This document shows, in pieces, positions 33,328 to 43,422 of a stretch of DNA of 64,000 nucleotides. The notes under the pieces are model-generated. The model was not told the DNA's origin and did not search any database. It worked only from the letters and a program-made list of their open reading frames with translations. Source of the stretch: Gammaproteobacteria bacterium (GTDB lineage: Bacteria; Pseudomonadota; Gammaproteobacteria; Eutrophobiales; Eutrophobiaceae); contig CBDEUK010000002.1 in NCBI GenBank assembly GCA_965243205.1, forward strand, positions 864,001 to 928,000, given 5' to 3'. Each line of letters opens with the position of its first letter. The first letter of the stretch is position 1. Position numbers and translations under genes: made by a program.

Positions 33328-34638
33328 ATGCAAATCGATACTTTAATCAATGCCCGTTGGGTAATCCCTATTCGACCAGCCCAACAAGTTCTTGAACATC
33401 ACAGTATTGCAATCAAAGACGACATTATTATTGATATCTTACCAATTGACGATGCTGTGCAAAAATACACAGCTAGTGAAAATATTGACCGTTCTAATCA
33501 TGCTGTATTACCTGGTTTTATCAATATTCATACTCATGCCGCAATGAGTTTATTCCGCGGATTAGCCGATGACTTGCCGTTAATGGAATGGTTGAATGAT
33601 CATATCTGGCCAGCCGAAGGCGAATGGGTTGATGAACAATTTGTGCGTGATGGTACTCAACATAGTATTGCCGAAATGATCCGTTGCGGTACGACTTGCT
33701 TTAATGACATGTATTTTTTCCCTGATCAAACCGCCGAGATTGCAATTGAAGCCGGTATACGCACATCCGTTGGTTTAATATTGATTGATTTCCCAACCGC
33801 TTGGGCGAGTGATGCACAAAACTATATTGAAAAAGGGCTAGAGGTTCACGATAAGTTTAAACACAATCCTTTAGTGACCACTACCTTTGCCCCTCATGCA
33901 CCTTACACCGTTTCAGATGAACCCTTACAACATATAAACACCTTAGCCGAAGAATTGGATATCCCAATTCACATGCACATACATGAAACAGCATTTGAAG
34001 TCAGCGAAAGCACTAAACAGTTTGGCCATAGCCCGATTAAACGACTTGAATCGTTAGGCTTGTTAAGTCAACGAATGATCGCTGTTCATATGACGCAATT
34101 AGAACCCAATGAAATAGAACTCATTGAAAAATACAATGTAAGTGTTGCACATTGTCCTGAATCAAATTTAAAACTCGCCAGCGGTTTTTGCCCAGTACAA
34201 CAATTACATCAATCGAATATCAATGTAGCATTGGGTACAGATGGTTCAGCCAGTAATAATGATCTGGATATGTTAGGCGAAATGAAAACGGCTGCATTAT
34301 TGGCCAAAGCTGTCGCTAATGATAGTACTGCTATTTCAGCTTTTACTGCATTAGAGATGGCAACTATCAATGGTGCAAGAGCATTAGCATTAGACAATAA
34401 ACTGGGTAGTTTAGAAAAAAATAAACAAGCCGACATGATTGCTATCGATTTAGATACTATAGAATCACAACCTTTGTATGATCCGATATCACAGATTGTC
34501 TATTCATCTACTCGAGATCAAATAACGGATGTTTGGGTCGCAGGAAAACCTCTGATGGAAAACCGTCAATTAACCACAGTCGATTCAGTTCAAACAATGG
34601 AAACCGTGAAACAGTGGCGTAAAAAAATTTCAAACTAA
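33328..34638 (+). CDS. mtaD: TRZ/ATZ amidohydrolase, probable 5'-methylthioadenosine/SAH deaminase
   Basis: PGFINIHTH, APHAPY, HMHIHET, HCPESNLKL, GTDGSASNN; divergent from mtnA. Confidence 0.85.
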   Translation: MQIDTLINARWVIPIRPAQQVLEHHSIAIKDDIIIDILPIDDAVQKYTASENIDRSNHAVLPGFINIHTHAAMSLFRGLADDLPLMEWLNDHIWPAEGEWVDEQFVRDGTQHSIAEMIRCGTTCFNDMYFFPDQTAEIAIEAGIRTSVGLILIDFPTAWASDAQNYIEKGLEVHDKFKHNPLVTTTFAPHAPYTVSDEPLQHINTLAEELDIPIHMHIHETAFEVSESTKQFGHSPIKRLESLGLLSQRMIAVHMTQLEPNEIELIEKYNVSVAHCPESNLKLASGFCPVQQLHQSNINVALGTDGSASNNDLDMLGEMKTAALLAKAVANDSTAISAFTALEMATINGARALALDNKLGSLEKNKQADMIAIDLDTIESQPLYDPISQIVYSSTRDQITDVWVAGKPLMENRQLTTVDSVQTMETVKQWRKKISN

Positions 34639-34643
34639 AAAAA

Positions 34644-35390
34644 CTAAACATTTACGCCTATAACTAAATCTGCCTGGTAACCATGCTTCGTCATTTTAAT
34701 GTTTAATATCGTATTGTCTGCAGAAGTTTGTTGCCAAATAACATCATCTTGAATGGATTTAGGGCGTGTATAGGATTTTTCTTCACCATTAACAACAATT
34801 GTTTTCTTTTGTAATTGACTATAAGGCTTATATGTATTGATACGCTCAATCACTTCATCTGGGAAATAACATTCTGTTGTTAATAATGTTTTCTTCTCAA
34901 GATGTATATTTAAGTTTATATGAGGTATTCGTGGAACAAGGGCTCCATTGATTGTTTCTAAAGACCATCCAGGTATTTCAGTTATAAACTGCACTTTGCC
35001 AAATGGTGTTGTGTTTTGTATACCACGAAATTGATTAGCTCCATCAGTAACTAAGCCCGTTACTTCATCTACATCAGAATAATATCCAGATGGATCAGCT
35101 TGCCATACTTCAACTGTTGCATATGCAACTGGGTAACATTTTTTGTTTAGATCAACCACTTTGAGATTTAAATGTAAAAACGTGCCATCATGTAGATCTC
35201 GAATGTCGTTACGCATTGGAATATTAGACCGATAATTACTCCCCAGATCTCCAGATGGCATAGGCGAACAATATGCTTTTTTACGTGTTAGGAAATTTTT
35301 CTCATCGTCACTCGCATTATCTTCCATACAAGAAAAAACACTTGCAACTGACGATAACATTCCTAATTTAATAAATTGTCGACGTTTCAT
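34644..35390 (-). CDS. Intradiol ring-cleavage dioxygenase-like protein with Tat/lipoprotein-like leader and degenerate Fe ligands
   Basis: MKRRQFIK...VFSC; VEVWQADPSGYYS, FRGIQNT, PGWS, RIPHIN. Confidence 0.7.
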   Translation of the reverse strand: MKRRQFIKLGMLSSVASVFSCMEDNASDDEKNFLTRKKAYCSPMPSGDLGSNYRSNIPMRNDIRDLHDGTFLHLNLKVVDLNKKCYPVAYATVEVWQADPSGYYSDVDEVTGLVTDGANQFRGIQNTTPFGKVQFITEIPGWSLETINGALVPRIPHINLNIHLEKKTLLTTECYFPDEVIERINTYKPYSQLQKKTIVVNGEEKSYTRPKSIQDDVIWQQTSADNTILNIKMTKHGYQADLVIGVNV

Positions 35391-35428
35391 GATGTGAACA
35401 ACAGCAACAATGGGGCCAACATTTATAT

Positions 35429-35459
35429 AAAAAACGGCGACTCAAAGGCCGCCGTTTTT
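35429..35459. terminator. Intrinsic terminator after katG (bidirectional form)
   Basis: AAAAAACGGCG..CGCCGTTTTT. Confidence 0.7.
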
Positions 35460-35478
35460 CTGTTAAAAAATAATGAAA

Positions 35479-37731
35479 TTAGATATCGAAACGATCTGCA
35501 TTCATCACTTTAGTCCACGCCGCAACGAAATCATCAATGAATTTTTGATTACCATCGTCAGCACCATAAACTTCCGCTAGTGCACGAAGTTCACTGTTAG
35601 AACCGAAAATCAAATCAACTGTGGTTGCAGTCCATTTAACTTTTCCAGTTTTGCGATCACGACCTTCGTAAATACCTTCTTGTTTTGATTTAGACCATTC
35701 AGTAGACATGTCTAATAAATTAACGAAGAAGTCATTACTTAGCGTTCCAGGATTGGTGGTTAAGACACCATTCTTTGAACCCTTGTAGTTAGCACCTAGC
35801 ACTCGCATACCACCGACTAATGCTGTCATTTCTGGAGCAGTTAGGGTTAACAAGTCCGCTTTCTCAACTAGCATCTCAGCTGGATTACCATAACTAGGTG
35901 AGTAATAGTTACGAAACGCATCTGCTGTTGGTGTTAGATAACCGAACGATTGAACATCAGTCATCTCTTGAGTAGCATCGGTGCGACCTGGGGTAAATGG
36001 AATATCAAGAGAAACACCTGCTTTTTTAGCTGCTGCTTCTACTCCTGCATTACCACCTATAACAATCACGTCAGCCAGCGATACTTTTTTGCCATCTGCA
36101 AGTGATTTATTAAAGTCTGCTTGTACCTGTTTCAAGGTTTCAAGTACTTTAGCAAGCTCTGCAGGATTATTTACTTCCCAATCTTTTTGTGGAGCAAGCG
36201 CTATACGTGCACCGTTAGCACCACCACGCATATCTGAGCCGCGGAAAGAAGAAGCTGATGCCCAAGCAGTTCGAACTAATTCTGAATGACTTAAGCCAGA
36301 ATCAAGAATCATGTCTTCTAGTTTTTCTGCGTCAGAATGAGTAATTAAGGCATGTTCAACTGCAGGAACTGGATCCTGCCAGATTAAAATTTCTTCTGGT
36401 ACTTCCGAGCCCACATAACGCGAACGTGGTCCTAAATCACGATGAGTCAATTTAAACCAAGCTTTAGCAAATGCTTGATCAAACTCTTTTGGATTGTTTA
36501 AGAAACGCTCAGTAATTTTGCGAAAACCTGGATCTTTCTTAAGAGCCATATCAGTCGTAAACATGATAGGTGCATGACCTTTACCTTTGATGTGAGCATC
36601 AGGCACTATCTTGGCTGCTGCAGGATCAGTTGGAATCCACTGAGTAGCCCCAGCTGGGCTTTTGGTTTGTTTCCATTCAAAGTTCATAAGATTAGCAAGG
36701 TATAAGATTGACCATGCTGTTGGTGTTTGAGTCCAAGCACCTTCAAGTCCACTGGTTAATGTATCTTCTGCATTGCCTTTACCACATTTATTTTTCCAAC
36801 CAAAACCTTGTTCTTCAATCGCAGCTGCAGCAGGTGCTTCTCCAGCACACTCACCTTTATGAGCACCATGTGCTTTACCTAAAGTATGACCACCAGCTAC
36901 TAGAGCAACGATCTCTTCATCGTTCATTGCCATCCGACCAAAAGACAAACGCATGTCTTTTGCAGCATCTAAAGGGTTATGATTGCCACCAGGGCCTTCT
37001 GGGTTCACATAGATTAGACCCATTTGAACAGCAGCCAGTGGCTTTTCTAATTCACCACCTTCATAACGTTCTTTATTGTCTAACCATTTTTTCTCATTAC
37101 CCCAGTAAACAATGTCTGATTCCCAATCATCGGCACGACCACCTGAAAAACCAAAGGTCTCGAAACCCATTGATTCCAAAGCAACGTTACCTGCAAGGAT
37201 AATTAAGTCACCCCAAGATACATTACGACCATATTTTTGTTTAACAGGCCATAAGATGCGTCGGGCTTTATCGAGGTTAGCATTATCAGGCCAGCTATTT
37301 TGTGGTTCAAAACGGATTTGACCGCCATCAGAACCGCCTCGACCATCGGTTACACGGTAAGTACCAGCGCTATGCCAAGCAGCACGAATCATAAGACCGC
37401 CATAATGGCCCCAGTCTGCTGGCCACCAATCTTGAGATGTTTTCAAAGTTTTTTCGATATCATCTTTTAATGCTTTCATATCCACACTGGCAAAAGCTTT
37501 GGCGTAATCAAAGTCATCACCATAGGGATTTGAAGCGGGATCGTGAGCACGAAGTTGTTCAAGATTGAGTTTTTCAGGCCACCAAAATTCGTTGTCTGTG
37601 CCTTGTGTAGCAGCAAAACTGGACGGTGACATCATTAGACTAAAAAGCAATACCAAAGCACTGCTTGTAAATATACTCATTGACGCCACCAGGGCAGCAC
37701 CAAAGAGTGAAGGTGTATTTTTCTTAAACAT
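35479..37731 (-). CDS. katG: Catalase-peroxidase with N-terminal signal peptide (exported KatG)
   Basis: [52 protein letters not shown]; hydrophobic leader ending SFA-A. Confidence 0.96.
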   Translation of the reverse strand: MFKKNTPSLFGAALVASMSIFTSSALVLLFSLMMSPSSFAATQGTDNEFWWPEKLNLEQLRAHDPASNPYGDDFDYAKAFASVDMKALKDDIEKTLKTSQDWWPADWGHYGGLMIRAAWHSAGTYRVTDGRGGSDGGQIRFEPQNSWPDNANLDKARRILWPVKQKYGRNVSWGDLIILAGNVALESMGFETFGFSGGRADDWESDIVYWGNEKKWLDNKERYEGGELEKPLAAVQMGLIYVNPEGPGGNHNPLDAAKDMRLSFGRMAMNDEEIVALVAGGHTLGKAHGAHKGECAGEAPAAAAIEEQGFGWKNKCGKGNAEDTLTSGLEGAWTQTPTAWSILYLANLMNFEWKQTKSPAGATQWIPTDPAAAKIVPDAHIKGKGHAPIMFTTDMALKKDPGFRKITERFLNNPKEFDQAFAKAWFKLTHRDLGPRSRYVGSEVPEEILIWQDPVPAVEHALITHSDAEKLEDMILDSGLSHSELVRTAWASASSFRGSDMRGGANGARIALAPQKDWEVNNPAELAKVLETLKQVQADFNKSLADGKKVSLADVIVIGGNAGVEAAAKKAGVSLDIPFTPGRTDATQEMTDVQSFGYLTPTADAFRNYYSPSYGNPAEMLVEKADLLTLTAPEMTALVGGMRVLGANYKGSKNGVLTTNPGTLSNDFFVNLLDMSTEWSKSKQEGIYEGRDRKTGKVKWTATTVDLIFGSNSELRALAEVYGADDGNQKFIDDFVAAWTKVMNADRFDI

Positions 37732-37870
37732 CAGGTTTCTCCTCTATCTGTTAAGAGCATTTCAGTTAAAATAATCAGTCCTTTATTGGTTGATTGATAA
37801 AAAGCAGCAAACATCAATCATCGATAATTCCTATTAAAGTAATAATAATAATCGTCTGTTTATTAATAAA

Positions 37871-37907
37871 ATCGTTTGTTACTATTCAATCAATAGGTTT
37901 TACCGAA
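37871..37907. promoter_or_regulatory. OxyR-type binding site
   Basis: ATCG-N7-CTAT-N7-ATAG-N7-CGAA fits the four-tetramer OxyR consensus; a further ATCG-N7-CTAT lies at 37820-37834. Confidence 0.7.
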
Positions 37908-37926
37908 ACAGTAGGAAGAGAAAACA

Positions 37927-38796
37927 ATGAACATTCGCGATCTAAAATATTTCCTTGCAGTGGCTGAATTAGAGCATTTTGGCCAAGCTGCTGAACAATG
38001 CTTTGTGAGCCAACCCACTTTGAGCGGCCAAATAAAAAAGCTTGAAGAAGAACTTGATGTGAAGTTACTTGAGAGAACTAATCGTCGTGTGTTGCTTACA
38101 GAAACGGGCGTTCAAATAGCTAAATCTGCTCGGCGCATACTTAGAGAAGTCGATACCATTCAAGAAATCGCCGAGAGTTCGAACGACCCTTTGTCAGGAA
38201 AATTTCGCTTAGGCGCTTTTCCAACGTTAGCGACTTATATTTTTCCTGAACTCGTTACACGCATTAGAGATGTTCTTCCTAATATTAGACCCATCTTAGT
38301 CGAAGAAAAAACTGCGACATTATTAGACAAATTAAAAAATGGAGATATCGATGCAGCATTGCTTGCATTACCTATTTATGATGATTTCTTAGTCAGTCAA
38401 ACATTATTTGATGATGAGTTTTTTCTTGCTGTGCCATGTGATCATGAATTAACCGAACACAAAAGCATTGATCAAAAAATGTTATCACGGCATAAATTAT
38501 TGCTACTTGAAGAAGGGCATTGTTTACGTGACCAAGCGTTAGAAGTTTGTCAATTACATGGTATTAGTGAAGAACAGGATTTTAAAGCAACAGGTATGGA
38601 AACATTACGCCAAATGGTAAAAGCCAGCACTGGAATTACCTTCATACCTAAAATTGCTGTACACGAAGATGAACCAGGAATTAAATACATACCATTTAAA
38701 TCACCAGCGCCTTCACGAACGATCGGTTTGGTATGGCGTAAAACAACGGCCAGAGAAGTGGTTATGAATAAATTAGTAGAAATATTGGCTCACTAA
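37927..38796 (+). CDS. oxyR: H2O2-sensing LysR regulator OxyR
   Basis: MNIRDLKY, SQPTLSGQIKKLE, LEEGHCLRDQALEVC (both redox Cys); divergent from katG. Confidence 0.92.
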   Translation: MNIRDLKYFLAVAELEHFGQAAEQCFVSQPTLSGQIKKLEEELDVKLLERTNRRVLLTETGVQIAKSARRILREVDTIQEIAESSNDPLSGKFRLGAFPTLATYIFPELVTRIRDVLPNIRPILVEEKTATLLDKLKNGDIDAALLALPIYDDFLVSQTLFDDEFFLAVPCDHELTEHKSIDQKMLSRHKLLLLEEGHCLRDQALEVCQLHGISEEQDFKATGMETLRQMVKASTGITFIPKIAVHEDEPGIKYIPFKSPAPSRTIGLVWRKTTAREVVMNKLVEILAH

Positions 38797-38822
38797 AAAT
38801 TTTCATACGTTTTTCTTAATAG

Positions 38823-39434
38823 ATGAATAAACAAAGTCTAGTTCAACAAAAACCAACTGCACCTGCATGTGAACGTAATCGTGCTCCAATTCTTTCTGTG
38901 TTAACTAAAACTTTTTCAACTGACTCTGACGTATTAGAAATTGGTTCTGGTACAGGTGAACATGGTGTTTACTTTGCAGAACATATGCCTTGGTTACAAT
39001 GGCAATGTAGTGATTTATCCGAAAACCTGAATGGTATTAATCTTTGGATAGAGGAAGCATTTCTACCTAATTTAAAAACGGCTATTGAATTAGACGTTGC
39101 TAAGCCAAAACTAAATAAAAAATATAATGCATTTTTCACAGCTAATACTTTACATATAATGTCAAAAAAACATGTCGAAGATTTTTTTGATTTAATTTCA
39201 GATTTCAGCCATAACCAAACTGATATTATTATTTATGGGCCATTTAATTATGATGGTAATTTCACTTCTGAAAGTAATGCAAAATTTGAATTATGGCTTA
39301 AAGATAGAGACCCATTAAGCGGAATCAGAGATTTTGAATGGATTGAGAGTTTAGCTAAAAATATTAATTTCAAATTAATTGCTGACCATAAAATGCCTGC
39401 AAACAACCGTTGTTTATATTTTAGAAAAAACTAA
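38823..39434 (+). CDS. DUF938-family SAM-dependent methyltransferase
   Basis: ACERNRAPIL, LEIGSGTGEH, YGPF, SESNAKF, MPANN. Confidence 0.85.
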   Translation: MNKQSLVQQKPTAPACERNRAPILSVLTKTFSTDSDVLEIGSGTGEHGVYFAEHMPWLQWQCSDLSENLNGINLWIEEAFLPNLKTAIELDVAKPKLNKKYNAFFTANTLHIMSKKHVEDFFDLISDFSHNQTDIIIYGPFNYDGNFTSESNAKFELWLKDRDPLSGIRDFEWIESLAKNINFKLIADHKMPANNRCLYFRKN

Positions 39435-39439
39435 CTTTT

Positions 39440-39940
39440 TTATTTCTTAAGTGCAGTCTTAATTGTTAAATCAACGTTTTGTTTAACAAGTATTTCACTA
39501 ACACCACTTGGTTTTCTATAGATAACATTTTTGTTTTTATCAATAACAAAAAGCGCAGGATTTTTAATAATGCCATATTCTTTTGCAATTTCATCACCAT
39601 CTAAAATCTGTGTATAGCTATATTTTTGTTCTTTAAAAAATTTCACAGAATCAATATTTTCATCTTCAAGTGCACTAATGGCATAAAACCTAACACCTTT
39701 GTTTCGATATTTACGGTACACAACCTCTAAGTACGGCATTAAATTTGTGCAATAACGACATGAAGCTGACCAAAAAAGTATCACCGATACTTTACCTTCG
39801 GTTTTTTCATAATAATGAATGGATTCTTCTTTATTATTATTTGCAGTCCAATCAGGAGCAGTAGCGCCAACAGCTAGAGGTGCAGCGTGAATTGAGAAAG
39901 AAAGAAATAATGATATAAACCCCAGGAATATTTTGTTCAT
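39440..39940 (-). CDS. Exported TlpA/redoxin-family thiol-disulfide oxidoreductase
   Basis: Signal peptide, GATAPDW, FWSASCRYC, PALFVID. Confidence 0.8.
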   Translation of the reverse strand: MNKIFLGFISLFLSFSIHAAPLAVGATAPDWTANNNKEESIHYYEKTEGKVSVILFWSASCRYCTNLMPYLEVVYRKYRNKGVRFYAISALEDENIDSVKFFKEQKYSYTQILDGDEIAKEYGIIKNPALFVIDKNKNVIYRKPSGVSEILVKQNVDLTIKTALKK

Positions 39941-40088
39941 TTAAATGGCCTTTTGAATAATAAAATAACAATACCATCGTTTAACAAGGTTGTCTTGTTC
40001 TGTACATACAACGGTAATAGTTTATGATTAGCATGCTTTATTAGTTTCCGATTAGATTCATTGTCAATCAAACCTGAGGACATAAGCT

Positions 40089-40355
40089 ATGCATAACGAA
40101 ACTATTTCCATCACCAATACTGACAGTGGTAAAACCATGGATGTTGTTGTCTTGAACAAAAAACCTGAACAAATCACCATTGTTATCGGTGAAGGTATCC
40201 ATAATGTCCAATGCGAATTAACGCCAGTTAAAAATGGTCAAGCCTATGTTGGTTCTGTGATGGGCAGAGAAATGGTTTATCACAAAAGTCGTGAAGAAGT
40301 TCAAGCTGAGCTTGCTCATAATAATCCTGCACTCAAAAAATCCAGGAAATTTTAG
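40089..40355 (+). CDS. Small hypothetical protein
   Basis: SD GAGGA upstream; plausible globular composition; no motif recognised. Confidence 0.65.
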   Translation: MHNETISITNTDSGKTMDVVVLNKKPEQITIVIGEGIHNVQCELTPVKNGQAYVGSVMGREMVYHKSREEVQAELAHNNPALKKSRKF

Positions 40356-40367
40356 TAAAACTAAGGT

Positions 40368-41702
40368 TTATTTCCCTTCTGCATTTCGTTTAGTTTTTGC
40401 TGAGGATCGTTTTGGCTTTCTTGATCTTCTCGGTTTATCAGAAGAGTTTCTGTTTCCTTCTTGATTCCGTCCTCGTGAACTACGGTTTCTTCTTGATGAT
40501 TTATTATTAGACTTTCCTCGTCCTTTACTGCCTTTATTATTAGATTTCTTTTCGACTTCAGGCACAGCATGAACTGGTTCGAAACCTTCAATTTCTTCGC
40601 GTTGGATCTTTTGCTTAATTAATTTTTCAATCGTAAACAAATGATTCACTTCATCTGCACTCACAAATGATATTGCTTCACCACTTGCACCAGCTCTACC
40701 GGTTCTACCGATACGATGCACATAATCTTCAGCCACTTGTGGTAAATCGAAATTAATAACATGTGAAAGATTATTAACATCAATACCACGTGCCGCCACA
40801 TCGGTTGCTACTAAAACTCGAGTTTTATTTTGTTTGAATTCTTTTAGGACTCGAGTACGTTGTGCTTGACTCTTATCACCATGAATCGCAGCTGCTTTAA
40901 TATTTTCGTTCTTAAGTTTTTTAACTAATTTATCCGCGTTATGTTTAGTACGAATGAATACTAAAATTTGAAACCAATTTTCTTGCTCAAGCAAATGCTT
41001 TAGCAGTGCAGCTTTACGCGACTTATCAACAGGATGAATTAATTGGTTAATTTTATCGACTGTAGAATTTTTAGGTGCAACATTGATCTCTACGGGTTTA
41101 TGCATAATCCCTTTTGCTAGATCACGAATGGCTTTAGAAAAGGTAGCAGAGAACATCAGGGTTTGATGTTCACTATGAATCGCACTCAATACATTTTTTA
41201 TATCTGGCAAGAATCCCATGTCTAGCATGCGATCCGCTTCATCCAATACTAAAATTTCAATTTCATCTAAACGCACAGCTTTTTGGCGATGTAAATCTAA
41301 TAAACGTCCAGGTGTTGCAACCAATATATCCACGCCCTGTTTCAATTGTTTAATTTGTTTAAACATACTGACTCCGCCATACACGACAGCAGTACGAAGA
41401 TTTAAATATTTATTGTATTTATTCACACTTTCTTGAACTTGCATAGCAAGCTCACGAGTAGGGGTTAATACAAGAGAACGAGCGTATTTAGGTTTGAGTG
41501 AACGTTGAGCACTTAAAATTTCAAGTAACGGTAGAGTAAAGCCAGCCGTTTTACCGGTACCTGTTTGTGCAGCCGCCATCATATCGTTACCGTCTAAAAT
41601 TTCTGGAATCGCCTTAGCTTGGATCGGAGTTGGATTGTTATAACCGGATTTTTTCACCGCGCGCAAAATTTCTTCGGATAAACCGAGAGCATCAAAAGAC
41701 AT
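40368..41702 (-). CDS. rhlE: DEAD-box RNA helicase (RhlE-like)
   Basis: PTPIQ, AQTGTGKT, PTRELA, DEAD, SAT, HRIGRTGR; basic disordered tail. Confidence 0.88.
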   Translation of the reverse strand: MSFDALGLSEEILRAVKKSGYNNPTPIQAKAIPEILDGNDMMAAAQTGTGKTAGFTLPLLEILSAQRSLKPKYARSLVLTPTRELAMQVQESVNKYNKYLNLRTAVVYGGVSMFKQIKQLKQGVDILVATPGRLLDLHRQKAVRLDEIEILVLDEADRMLDMGFLPDIKNVLSAIHSEHQTLMFSATFSKAIRDLAKGIMHKPVEINVAPKNSTVDKINQLIHPVDKSRKAALLKHLLEQENWFQILVFIRTKHNADKLVKKLKNENIKAAAIHGDKSQAQRTRVLKEFKQNKTRVLVATDVAARGIDVNNLSHVINFDLPQVAEDYVHRIGRTGRAGASGEAISFVSADEVNHLFTIEKLIKQKIQREEIEGFEPVHAVPEVEKKSNNKGSKGRGKSNNKSSRRNRSSRGRNQEGNRNSSDKPRRSRKPKRSSAKTKRNAEGK

Positions 41703-41930
41703 AATTGTTTCCTTAAAAATAAAAGTTGCTACAGTTCTTACGCAAGAAACTATAGATAATTATTGGCGAGCACCATGTAATATGGTTTTATAGCTGTGCC
41801 GTAAATGCGGCATGCAGTAGAAGCTCTTAATAGAAATAGATTGGACTCAAAGGAGGCAAACTTACGACTAAGGATGACGCGCTGATCACCCTTCAGGTGG
41901 ATTCAGATGCGCGCACCATACCAGATTATA
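41703..41930 (-). promoter_or_regulatory. Long structured 5' leader and promoter of the DEAD-box helicase
   Basis: -10 candidates TATAAT (41925-41930) and TATGGT+GCGCGC (41909-41920); at least four hairpins over about 200 nt. Confidence 0.5.
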
Positions 41931-42006
41931 GAATTAAAGATACTTTTTTCTTCGAATCGCATTATCATATTAGCTATAAGAAAATTCATTTTGGGGGAAG
42001 ATAATA

Positions 42007-43278
42007 ATGAAACTTGAATCCATCGCTTTACATCATGGTTATGAATCTGAAGCAACCACCAAAGCCGCAGCAGTCCCTATCTATCAAACAACATCGTACA
42101 CATTTGACAACACACAACATGGTGCAGATTTATTTGATCTTAAGGTTCATGGGAATATTTATACCCGCATTATGAATCCAACGACTGATGTGCTTGAACA
42201 GCGTGTTGCCGAAATGGAAGGCGGTATCGCGGGACTGGCATTAGCCTCAGGTATGGCTGCGATCACATATGCAATTCAATGCATCTGTGAAACAGGCAGT
42301 AATATTATCAGTACCAGTCAACTATACGGCGGTACTTATAATCTTTTCGCGCATACTTTTCCAAAACAAGGTATCGATGTGCGTATGGTTTCTGCAGATG
42401 ACTTTGCAGGATTCGAACAAGCGATTGATGAAAACACTAAAGCTATTTTTTGTGAATCGATTGGTAACCCGGCTGGCAATATAGTCGATATCGAACAACT
42501 CGCAAATATAGCGCATAAACATGGCATACCATTAATTGTCGATAACACGGTTGCAACACCTTATTTATGTCGACCAATCGATTTTGGTGCAGACATAGTG
42601 ATCCATTCATTAACAAAATATATCGGCGGACATGGTGTTGCCATTGGTGGCATTATTGTCGATTCAGGAAAGTTTGATTGGGTTGCAAATAAAGATCGTT
42701 TTCCAATGTTAAACGAACCTGACCCTTCTTATCATGGAGTGGTGTATACCGAAGCTCTTGGCCCTGCTGCATATATAGGTCGTTGTCGGGTTGTGCCATT
42801 AAGAAATACAGGCGCATGCATTTCTCCGCATAATGCGTTTTTGATCTTACAAGGTTTGGAAACCTTAGGTTTACGTATTGAACGTCATTGTGAAAACGCT
42901 GAAAAATTAGCTGCATTTCTACAGTCACATAATAAAGTCAGTTGGGTTAATTATGCTGCATTGGAAAATAGCCCATACTCTAAAACCTGTGAGAAGATTT
43001 CTAGTGGCAAGGCATCAGGGATTCTAAGTTTTGGCATTGAAGGTGGCTTAGAAGCGGGAGAAAAATTTATCGATGCATTACAAATGATTTTACGTTTAGT
43101 AAACATTGGTGATGCAAAATCACTTGCTTGTCATCCAGCTTCAACCACCCATCGACAACTGAATGAGGATGAACTCAAAACCGCTGGGGTTTCAAAAGAT
43201 TTAGTACGCATATCCGTTGGCATTGAGAATATTGATGACATCATTGCTGATGTTTCACAAGCATTGGATGCTGTTTAG
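42007..43278 (+). CDS. metY: O-acetylhomoserine sulfhydrylase (MetY/Met17)
   Basis: PIYQTTSY, IYTRIMNPT, HSLTKYIGGHG, NIGDAKSL, HPASTTH. Confidence 0.93.
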   Translation: MKLESIALHHGYESEATTKAAAVPIYQTTSYTFDNTQHGADLFDLKVHGNIYTRIMNPTTDVLEQRVAEMEGGIAGLALASGMAAITYAIQCICETGSNIISTSQLYGGTYNLFAHTFPKQGIDVRMVSADDFAGFEQAIDENTKAIFCESIGNPAGNIVDIEQLANIAHKHGIPLIVDNTVATPYLCRPIDFGADIVIHSLTKYIGGHGVAIGGIIVDSGKFDWVANKDRFPMLNEPDPSYHGVVYTEALGPAAYIGRCRVVPLRNTGACISPHNAFLILQGLETLGLRIERHCENAEKLAAFLQSHNKVSWVNYAALENSPYSKTCEKISSGKASGILSFGIEGGLEAGEKFIDALQMILRLVNIGDAKSLACHPASTTHRQLNEDELKTAGVSKDLVRISVGIENIDDIIADVSQALDAV

Positions 43279-43317
43279 AAATCCATTCGAATAATACCCC
43301 ACGCATTCCTAGCAATA

Positions 43318-43358
43318 GTCAAAAATCAGTCTTATTGATTGATTTTTGACCGTTTTTT
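43318..43358 (+). terminator. Intrinsic terminator after metY
   Basis: Stem GTCAAAAATCAGTC/GATTGATTTTTGAC followed by CGTTTTTT. Confidence 0.55.
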
Positions 43359-43422
43359 ACCCATAATTCAAATACACATTGAATTAACTATATTTTGAAA
43401 TACTTATTTCAAGGAGAGAACA

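Noticed and set aside
41877-42006. SAM-II-like riboswitch upstream of metY (begins CGCGCTGAT)
   Set aside because: Lacks the TTGCAA and properly placed GCTAAA pseudoknot elements; better explained as the helicase leader on the other strand.
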